DNA of 64,000 nt. It comes from an uncultured Methanosarcinales archaeon. GTDB lineage: Archaea > Halobacteriota > Methanosarcinia > Methanotrichales > Methanotrichaceae. Within the stretch, counting starts at the first letter, position 1. Each line of letters starts with the position of its first letter. Positions 51,259 through 60,066 of the stretch are shown here, one piece after another. The DNA is taken from positions 267,802 to 331,801 of the forward strand of contig CAWJKV010000002.1 of NCBI GenBank assembly GCA_963843555.1. Reading direction: 5' to 3'. A model generated the notes under the pieces. That model saw nothing but the letters and a program-made list of their open reading frames with translations. It did not search any database and was not told the origin of the DNA. The position numbers and the translations under genes were made by a program.

Positions 51259-52900
51259 ATGAAAAATTGGAAATTATTTTTAATTGCAATGCTGCTAATA
51301 CTGACAGCAGGCATAACAGGTTGCGTGGAAAAAACGCCGCCGCAGACGCAGACGAATGTTGTCGAGATCAAGAATTTTTCATTTCAGCCCAGTTCGATCA
51401 CTGTATCTCAGGGAACAACGGTGACCTGGATAAACAATGATCCTGCGGAGCATACGGTGACCAGCTCAGACGGAATCTTCAGCTCGGGGAATATGGCCAC
51501 CGGTGGCATGTTCAATTTTACATTCTCAAAACCCGGAAAGTACCAGTACCAGTGCTTGATTCATCCCTCCATGGTGGGCTATGTAATAGTCGCATCAGGA
51601 AAGACAGATGCGGGGACGGTTAATGCCACTGCCCCGGCTCGGCAGGATGAAGAATGATGGTAGTAATATGACGAATCAAAGCGCGCCCGTGGTTGGGCTG
51701 AAATTGGTCGCGTCGGGCTTTGCCGCACCTATGGAATTTATCAGCTCCAAAGATGGGCGAATGTTCGTCGTCGACCAGATAGGACTTGTCAAGGTGATAA
51801 CGGCGGATGGAAAGCTGCAAGAGGAGCCTTTCCTGAATATTAGCGATCGCATGGTCAAACTTTCGCCCAGGTTACGATGAGCGCGGACTTCTGGGCCTGG
51901 CATTCCATCCTGATTTCGCCCGGAACGGTCGTGTCTTTGTGTTTTACAGCGCACCGCTGCGATCGGGAGCGCCGGAAGGCTGGAGCTGCACCAATAACCT
52001 CTCCGAGTTTCGCGTCTCGAAAGACAACCAGAACATGATTGACATGAACTCGGAGAAGGTTCTTCTCCAGATCGATAAGCCCCAAATGAACCACAACGGA
52101 GGGACCATCGCCTTCGGCCCGGATGGATATCTGTATTTGCCTTTGGGCGACGGCGGCGGCGCCAACGATGTAGCCATGGGACACGTATCCGGAGGCAATG
52201 CCCAGAATACCTCAACGCTCTTGGGCAAGATTCTGCGCATCGATGTGAATGTGAATAACTCCAGCGCAGCTTATGGCATTCCAGCCGATAACCCCTTCGT
52301 CAATGAAAAGGGCTTCCTGCCTGAGATCTGGGCTTATGGCCTGAGAAATCCCTACAGGATCTCCTTTGATTCTGCAGGCCGTCTCTTTGCAGCCGATGCC
52401 GGGCAGAACCTCTGGGAAGAGGTGGACCTGATCAGCAAAGGAGGCAACTATGGCTGGAATATCAGAGAAGGAACTCACTGCTTCGACCCCAACAGCCCGA
52501 AAGTAGTCACCTGCCAGCTGCCCTGATGTAGGCCGCAAAGGGGAATCGCTCTTGGATCCAATAATCGAGTACGATCATAATAATCGCACCGTGGTTGTGG
52601 GCGGTTACTTCTACGAAGGCAAGGAGCTGATGGCAGCTTGCAGGAAGCTACGTCTTTGCAGACTGGTCCAGCGGCTTTGCAAAAGGAGACGGCACGCTTT
52701 ACATGGCCAAACCCGCAGGGGAAGGTCTCTGGAAGATGGAAGAGATCAGTGTCGCAGACAGACCAGGCGGAAGGATCAATGAGTACATTCGCTCCTTTGG
52801 CGAGGATGACCAGGGCGAGCTTTATGTCCTGACATCGGAAGTGGGAGGACCCACAGGAGATACAGGAAAGATCTACAAGATGGTTCCACCTGCAAAATAA
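51259..52900 (+). CDS. lipoprotein: cupredoxin domain followed by a PQQ-dependent sugar dehydrogenase (GSDH) propeller; several frameshifts (~51640, 51870, 52500, 52630)
   Basis: Lipobox AGITGC; Cu ligands HTVT and YQCLIHPSM; ERGLLGLAFHPDF, NHNGG, LLGKILRID, YGLRNP, GGNYGW and SFGED..GELY spread over successive frames. Confidence 0.8.
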
Positions 52901-52993
52901 AACCAGAAATGAGTATCTTTCCAGAGCCTTTCTGGATAGATCGGCAGGCCGCCAAATGGCTATGAATGCTCTGGCCAGGTCATTAGAAAATCG

Positions 52994-53221
52994 ATGGCCA
53001 GAGGCTACTCAATACTTGCTCATCATTCCGAGGAGGTATATCTGAATGAGTGCGGAACCTTTGAAGAGGCTTATAGAAATATATGGCATTTTATTGAGAA
53101 AGAGTACAACAGGAAGAGGCTGCATTCTGCCCTTGGCTATAGATCTCCAGAGCAGTTCGAAATGGGGGTTGCTTTAAGTACTGTTGCATAATTGACTGTC
53201 TACTATCAGGGGTTCACTCCA
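52994..53221 (+). mobile_element. IS3-family remnant (integrase-core C-terminus plus right end)
   Basis: EEVYL...FIEKEYNRKRLHSALGYRSPEQFE; ends CTGTCTACTATCAGGGGTTCACTCCA. Confidence 0.8.
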
Positions 53222-53320
53222 GGATCCCTGTTAAGGCATCGTAGTTGAGCCCCTCTATCGAACCCCTCAATCCCAAATGAAACCACTAATTTTAATCCCA
53301 GCAAAACAAGACCTCATAAG

Positions 53321-53635
53321 GTGAATCCCATAACGAACACTGGCCGACTCCTCCTTAAGATCAATAGATTCTGTGCTTGGATGCTCCTCATCTTCATGAT
53401 CATCTTCCTGGTATCGGGATACGCCTGGTACAACAGAATCCTGTTGCCGCTGCAGATGGCCAAGTACATGCACACCGATCTGGACCTGTTTCTGGTCGTC
53501 TTCTTCCTGACGCACGTCCTGATCAGCATCAGATTCGCTCTGGCGCGCTGGAGAGTGGGCCACGGCAGGCTGGTGAGCGTGCTTCTCATTGCCATCGGGA
53601 TACTGTCCTTCTGGTTTATCCTCAGCATCAGATAG
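53321..53635 (+). CDS. small 3-TM membrane protein
   Basis: Three hydrophobic segments with His residues (MHTDL, LTHVL). Confidence 0.65.
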   Translation: MNPITNTGRLLLKINRFCAWMLLIFMIIFLVSGYAWYNRILLPLQMAKYMHTDLDLFLVVFFLTHVLISIRFALARWRVGHGRLVSVLLIAIGILSFWFILSIR

Positions 53636-53957
53636 AGAGGCTATCGTCCAAATTTTTGTACCCCGTGTTATCGAGTTGAACAGAATGACCTCGTCTCTGT
53701 CAGTCTCCCTTGCGCTCTGCAGCTTTTGGTGGTGGCAGTTTGTTGCCATTTGATCGTTACCAGAGGTGGCGAACGTCTTAACCGTATAGTTCACAGAGTA
53801 CGCGCGAAGCGACGGAATAGCAACCGTAAAACCATGGTAGCTTGATGCCTGCCCTCAGTAGATAGCTAAGAGGCGATGATTTTTTGAGCTCTCCCAGAGA
53901 TCCATAGCCAGAGTATCTCACATGGATCGAACTGACCTTTCCACTCATTCTAACCAA

Positions 53958-54118
53958 GCCAGCCCGGCGTTGAGGGCGCCCCGTTGGCCGCGGCCCGCAG
54001 GCCGACTCGCGGCACCCCGGAAGATTGGGCCGATGCTGTCCTGTAGCATCAGATAGATGCCATATAAAGTCAAATGAAATCTAATTAAATGAAAAATGAA
54101 ATCTAATTAGTCGCAAAA
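53958..54118 (+). repeat. dispersed GC-rich repeat, copy A
   Basis: Core GGCCGACTCGCGGCACCCCGGAAGA at 54000-54024. Confidence 0.85.
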
Positions 54119-54282
54119 TAGATATATCCAAAATCCTGAGAGCGAAGAGTACCAGAGATTTAGGGATTTGCTTTGTTCTTCCCTCAGCATTCAGATAAAA
54201 ACAGCGCCACGAAAGACAATCATTGCATTCTTGATCTCACACGTGGAGAATAGATGATAATGCGGGGTACGGGAATTCCGCA

Positions 54283-55060
54283 CTATCTTGCTGGTGAGAC
54301 AGGCTCATTATATTCTTTGCTCCTTATGATTATTCGCCTATCCTGATATAATGAGTGCTTCTGATTCTCATTCATGGGCGTCCAGCCTGTGAGATCCATT
54401 GAACAGGTTCCCTCATTGACTATCTCAACCCACTGGTCCACGCCCAGCCCAGTTAAGCGGACCTCCATGACAGATGAAAGTATGACCGGTTAAGTTTACG
54501 GGAGAGTTGGATTTCAAGCTGGCCCAATCAGCACCGTAATCCGATCTTCTATAATCTGGCAGGAAGGGCTGAAGCGGCCCGCTGATGGAAGACATGTTCT
54601 CAAGAAGGAGGGGCTTGATCTCGGCTACGCTCCCTGGAGCTGAAACCTTTATTGGATATTTGTACTCAGAGACGATCTTTCCAGTTGCATCCATCAGAGT
54701 TGCAGTATCGCCCTCCGTGTTCCAGAGCAGAGTGCTATTGAACAGATCAGCGGCTGTATCATTGCTTTTCCCTTCATGAACTCTGACGGTTGTGCCAGCT
54801 TTCAGGGCAAAATTTGCTGGGAATGAGTACCTTTGATTCTCCATATTCATGAGCATCCAGCCTGTGAGATCCATTGAACCGGTTCCCTCGTTGGCTATCT
54901 CAGCCCACTGGTCTGCGTCCTGATAATTTACGCCTATAATCTTAGTAATACCTGTCCCGACGCTGGCCTGAGCATTTGCAACAACAGCAGCTCCCAGCGA
55001 AAGCGCAAAAAAGACGGATAAAATCACCAGTCCGCGTATGTATCCACCCGAATTTTCCAT
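54283..55060 (-). CDS. secreted lamin-tail-domain (LTD) protein followed by a partial, decayed second LTD
   Basis: QWAEIANEGTGSMDLTGWML...WNTEGDTATLMDATG; 54360-54440 duplicates 54835-54915. Confidence 0.75.
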
Positions 55061-55574
55061 TTATAAACCTCCACTCATCTCATTACCTGCAAGAATCTCC
55101 TGATGAAGAGACCCGATCGCAGCACCAAAGAGGTATAGAATTCCTTGAGGCAATCCCGAGATTTGGTGACTTTTGCAGGCTCATATAAACGAGATCGACA
55201 TTCAACGTATATAAGGATGAAGTATATACAGGCCTAACATACAGCTTTATGATATATGATCCAGTAGATTGGCCAAGACCATTGAATACGATCAGGATGC
55301 TTTCGCAACGGTCAGGGAGCTGGGATACAATGGCTGATTATTGCCGGTTAAACCCTCATGAGCCTTAGGAGGGGCTCGTGCCCGAAGGATACCTGCGTGA
55401 CAAGGTTCGTAACTAAAAGTTCGAGGCCAAAGCAGATCATGATCCTAATATGCCCCTATTTGCCCCGGCCATGGCCACGAGTACTCAGCAAATAAGTGCA
55501 TTGTTGAGGCTAAAGGACTTCATTAAAAGAAGTGGCCCAATCCATCATGTCTGCAGCTTAATCGTCGTCGCTCG

Positions 55575-55718
55575 GCCAGCCGCGGCCCGGGAAAGGCGCC
55601 CATGCCCCCGAGGCCCGCAAGGGCCGACTCGCGGCACCCCGGAAGAATGTGCGACTTTGTCCCTGCTAGTATCAGGCAGATCCCATCTGCATTAAATGAG
55701 TTCTAATTCGTCGCAAAA
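55575..55718 (+). repeat. dispersed GC-rich repeat, copy B
   Basis: Core GGCCGACTCGCGGCACCCCGGAAGA at 55622-55646. Confidence 0.85.
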
Positions 55719-56021
55719 ATTATTCCGCCCATTATTCTGGGTCCCGCGCGGGTGTTGTGCGCTGGGTCGAGGGGGGCGACCCGAGATCGTGCAGACACCT
55801 CTAACCCCGCGCGCTGCGAGTCCGGAGCTTGCTGGATTATCTAGTTTTCCTGGACGAATCCCTATGATTACAGCGGGTGGTTTGCCGCAATTTGACTCTA
55901 ATCGGCTCCAACAGCCAACTTGAGTTATGTTAAACAAAGATGCACTATAATGATATAATCAATACATGAAAGCAAGTCTTATATCAATAATCATCCACCT
56001 AGCATTCGAAACGCTAGAGGA

Positions 56022-57143
56022 ATGACGATGGTACGGCAATACGAAGCGCTGGCTGTGCAGAACACCTTCTGGGGCATCCAGAATCGATCCGATATAAAGA
56101 GAAATATAGGCCAGGTCTCGAATTTGATAGGTGCGGCCATTTGGCTGAGCGAGCTTGAAGCCCCGGTGAAGCTCGTGGCACTGAGTGAAGGGGCTCTCAC
56201 GGGTTTCACGGATGAGGTCTTCGACTATGAGCACATCAAGGCAGCGAAAGAGCTCTACATAGAGATCCCGGGCGAAGAGACTGATCTGTTGGGAGAGGTC
56301 TGCAAGCAGCACAATATCTACCTCATAGGCCAGTCAAAGGCCAGAGACCTGGAGCTATGGCCTGAAGGAGACCGTTTCTTCAACATGGTCTTCATAATCG
56401 ATCCCAAAGGGAGGGTTATACACAAGCACCATAAGACCTCTGTCTTCCAGAGGGAGCATTCGACCTGTCCTCATGATATCTGGGACCGATTCGTCGAGCT
56501 TAACGGAGACGATCCAATAAAGCTGCTCAGAGCTCTATTTCCGGTATGCAAGACGGAGATTGGAAACATAGGGACTCTGATCTGCATGGAGGGCAGCTAT
56601 CCTGAAGCCGGAAGAGCCCTGGCAGTGAACGGTGCTGAGATCATCTACCGGCCCGCCTACCCCGAACCCTGGGTGGGACCCGGCTCGGATATGTGGGTAG
56701 TTCAGAACAGAGCCCATGCCATTCACAACACCTGCTATTGCCTTGCTCCAAACCTGGGTGCCTATCACGCCGCGCCCTGGTTGGTGGATCCGCACTACAC
56801 AGCGCCCTTCAATGTGGGCGGAGCCCGGAGCATGATCATCGACTATACCGGAAGGATAATGCACGAGTGCGCCTCTGCCGGCGATGGTTATGCGGCTGCT
56901 ACCATCAATATCGAGGCGCTGCGAGAGTTTCGGATCAATTCGAAGTTCTCCAACTTCATGAAGGACCTGAGAGTCGAGCAGTACAAGCTGATCTACGATG
57001 CCCTCATGGCCATGGGCGGAATCTACCCTAAGAACCTGGCCATGAAGGAACCTCCCAAGAGGCATGCGGAGACGGATGCTATTTTTGCTAAAGTGGTAGA
57101 CAAGCTGGTGGATATGGGTATATGGACCAGGCCGGAGAAGTAG
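56022..57143 (+). CDS. carbon-nitrogen hydrolase (nitrilase superfamily)
   Basis: Glu-Lys-Cys triad contexts LSEGAL, HHKT and LICMEG; LAVNGAEII. Confidence 0.9.
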   Translation: MTMVRQYEALAVQNTFWGIQNRSDIKRNIGQVSNLIGAAIWLSELEAPVKLVALSEGALTGFTDEVFDYEHIKAAKELYIEIPGEETDLLGEVCKQHNIYLIGQSKARDLELWPEGDRFFNMVFIIDPKGRVIHKHHKTSVFQREHSTCPHDIWDRFVELNGDDPIKLLRALFPVCKTEIGNIGTLICMEGSYPEAGRALAVNGAEIIYRPAYPEPWVGPGSDMWVVQNRAHAIHNTCYCLAPNLGAYHAAPWLVDPHYTAPFNVGGARSMIIDYTGRIMHECASAGDGYAAATINIEALREFRINSKFSNFMKDLRVEQYKLIYDALMAMGGIYPKNLAMKEPPKRHAETDAIFAKVVDKLVDMGIWTRPEK

Positions 57144-57497
57144 GAAAAGAGGTAGTAACAGAGGACACCCGAATTTACAGATCGAGTGCTCTAAAGAACC
57201 GTGTGCTAGGGTGGAAATGGGTGGGTGTGTACTGGCGAACGGTTTCGATCCTAGACCTTGACCGGGAGCCTGTCTTAAGAGGCTCCCTAACACCATAATG
57301 CGTGCTCAAACGGAGGCGACGCCCTGCATGTCTCGAGGCTCGTTGCGCAGGTGCGCCGCCGCCGCAATTTGGCGGCCATTGCCTCTCACATCCACATGCG
57401 TTCCTCTTGCTGCATCTTCCATTAGACTTCTTCAACAAATCCTATCCACTCATCTTTGCTAGTGCGGCCTAACATTTGGCATAGTGGAACGGTTGAC

Positions 57498-57608
57498 TGC
57501 CAGGGCCTGTCGCAGCCTTGAGCGACGCCCAGGCAACCGGCAGGCCGACTCGCGGCAGCCCGGAAGAATGTGCGAATGTTGTCCCTGCAAGCATAAGATA
57601 GATACCAT
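57498..57608 (+). repeat. dispersed GC-rich repeat, copy C
   Basis: Core GGCCGACTCGCGGCAGCCCGGAAGA at 57543-57567. Confidence 0.85.
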
Positions 57609-57704
57609 AATCATTTGAACGACATTAGTAATTCTCTTATCTGGATTCAAATAAGGTAAGACAAGAAAGTGTTAAATCTAAACAGGCGTGAATAGGAGAT
57701 TGGT

Positions 57705-57957
57705 ATGTTTGCTGAGTACATTCAGGCCAGTTTGAGACATGCGAAATACGAGATCCCTTGAAGATGGTACATACATGTCCACCGTAGAGGGCCTACAGGG
57801 CGTGATTGCCATCGGTGACAGCATTGAAGAGTGCCGCCAGGATCTTATTGAAGTTATCGAAGGATGGATAGCACTACGGCTAAGAATGGGCGATACAATT
57901 CCTTCCATAGATGGCGTTGCTATTGACGTCTCTGCGGAGCCGATAGCAGTTGTCTAG
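57705..57957 (+). CDS. HicB-family antitoxin, apparent +1 C near 57755
   Basis: MFAEYIQASLRHAKYEI then LEDGTY...GDSIEECRQDLIEVIEGW; the mirrored copy lacks the extra C. Confidence 0.85.
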
Positions 57958-58183
57958 ACTCCTTCCGATCTCCAGGCAAGAGCTTATCCGACGGCTCGGA
58001 AAGTTGGGATTCGAGGGACCTTATCCGGGATCAGGCCATTCCTATATGATTAAGGAACTGGCCAAGGGGCGCATATATGTGACCATTCCCAATCCTCATC
58101 ACGGCCAGGATTTTAGTGTTGGGCTTCTAGCGCAGATCTTGAAGGAAGGAGAGATCAGCCGCGAGGAGTGGCTTTCAGTTTAG
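57950..58183 (+). CDS. HicA-family toxin
   Basis: ELIRRLGKLGFEGP..GSGHSYM and IPNPHH motifs. Confidence 0.88.
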   Translation: MSRLLPISRQELIRRLGKLGFEGPYPGSGHSYMIKELAKGRIYVTIPNPHHGQDFSVGLLAQILKEGEISREEWLSV

Positions 58184-58291
58184 ATACTTGATGCAGCAAT
58201 CTGCATATAGGATTGATATCTAACATCCTTAACATTCAGAAAAACATTGTATCTTTAAAGAATTTAACCCAGCCCGAACAGAGGAGCGAGA

Positions 58292-59006
58292 GTGGTTGAT
58301 CTCATGCTGCCCCGTGTAATTTTGCATAATGCCGTCAGCCTGGACGGCAGGATAGACGGCTTTCCCATAGACCTGGCTCAATACTATGAGCTGATTGCCA
58401 CCTGGAAGGAGGATGCCACACTGGCTGGCTCCGGGACCTTCCTCAAAGCCGCCAGTGTTGCCCCGCCGGAGGATGAGAGCGCTTTTATCCCGCCAGAAAC
58501 GGATCCGTGCGACCACAGAGCGATCCTGGTCATCCCAGACAGCCGCGGGCGCATACGCACCTGGCATTATCTGAGATCTCTGCCCTACTGGCGCCATTTT
58601 GTGGCCCTGTGCTCAAAGTCAACGCCCCAGGATTATCTCGACTACCTCAAAGAGAGGCATATCGACTGCATAGTCGCCGGCGAGGATCACGTGGATCTGA
58701 GGATGGCCCTGGAGGAGCTGTACTCTCGCTATTCTGTGAGGGTGGTGCGGGTGGATGCGGGAGGCACATTGAACGGCCTGCTCCTCCGCCAGGGGCTGGT
58801 GAGCGAGGTGAGCGTGCTCATCTATCCCAGCCTTGTAGGGGGAGAGACGGTAAGCAGCATCTTTCGCGCTCCAGACCTGCCGGCTGCGGTTGATGCCGAT
58901 ATAGCCTCTGGCAAAGGGGGCAGAAGGCACGATCCCACTCAGACTTATGGCTGCAGAGAAGCTTAAGGGAGATGTAATGTGGCTGCGCTATGAGGTCAAA
59001 CAATAG
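58292..59006 (+). CDS. RibD C-terminal / dihydrofolate-reductase-like protein, frameshift near 58915
   Basis: NAVSLDGRI, DSRGRI, VDAGGTLN and IYPSLVGG; tail GDVMWLRYEVKQ* in the shifted frame. Confidence 0.85.
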
Positions 59007-59331
59007 GCTTTGCGAGAAAGGTGCTTATGAGACTTGCTGGAATGATTGCAATCTGAATTGGCTTTATCACTGGCTAATGGCTAATTTTCCTTATGCAATT
59101 CCATTTGATAGTGGCTGTTTTATCGTGGACCGTTTTTCGCTCCATCCATTCTCTCTTTATTTTGCAGCATAGATTTTTAAAGAATTATTCAGACAAGGTT
59201 AGAACTGGCAAAATGCTCAAATACTTGTAAATTTATTATGATTGGATTTAATGATAGTCTTGCAACAAATTCCAGATAAAATCTGAAAAATTTATCGGCT
59301 TAAAGGTGCTGTATCCATCGAGAGGTCTCGA

Positions 59332-60063
59332 ATGAACCAACAAAGCAATCACTCCTGCTGTTGTATAGAGCGACTTATTATGGTCCTTTTAATTGTCCAA
59401 ATATTTTCTGGATATATAGGAACCACTCTGGCTCTTTCCTCCAGTTCGGTTGAAGATTTGCAGGGGCGTATAGATCCCGGGCTAGTAAATTTTTATACAG
59501 TTCCTAACCTTCAGCAGGGGGATTGGCTCTATCTTTATGCGGGCAGGATTTCAGGCAATTTTGATCCTTTTGTGGCCCTGGGCAATTCCAGCGTGAACGC
59601 CAGCGTATTGGGCAGAGATTTTGAGGAGGAAATTAGCAGGGCCATTGAAGAGGGTCGCGATCCTCTTGAAGCCATTCCTGATACTGCTGAGAAATTCTTC
59701 CTCGCCTGGAACGATGACGGGGGAAACGGATACGATGCTGCAGTTAAATTTCAAGTGCCAGACAGTGGCGACTACCAGTTCCTTGTCGTGAGCAGCCCCT
59801 TGAGGAGGACCTTTGGGACCTATCGGCTGCAGGTCGGTGTAAATGACCCCAAAGTGCTTACCGGCCAGGCTATTGCCAACAGAAAAGGAATTGCCCTGCT
59901 GGAGAAAAACCTCTCTGAGATCGGCCACGCTGTCCAAGAGTTAAATGGAACCTTGACTGCCGGTAAGACCTCAACTTTCTATAAACTCAATCCTGTAAGC
60001 GAAGGAGATAGCATTTATGCTTTTATTGAGACTGCTTCAGGAGATTTAAAGCCTATCTTGATC
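59332..60063 (+). CDS. secreted jelly-roll N-terminal domains resembling DeCLIC-type pentameric ligand-gated ion channels; truncated at the fold-back point
   Basis: Signal/TM segment then FYTVPNLQQGD, GNFDPFV, FLAWNDDGGNGY and VQEL, recalled as matching DeCLIC NTD1/NTD2; no channel domain in the window. Confidence 0.65.
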
Positions 60064-60066
60064 CAA

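Noticed and set aside
53940..57680. Integron attC array (GCCTAAC at ~57467, GTTAAAC at ~55929, GTTAAAT at ~57671)
   Set aside because: Candidate R'' and R' boxes are not complementary to each other at attC spacing, no L boxes were found, intervening genes face both ways, and there is no IntI. Kept only as an unexplained repeat.
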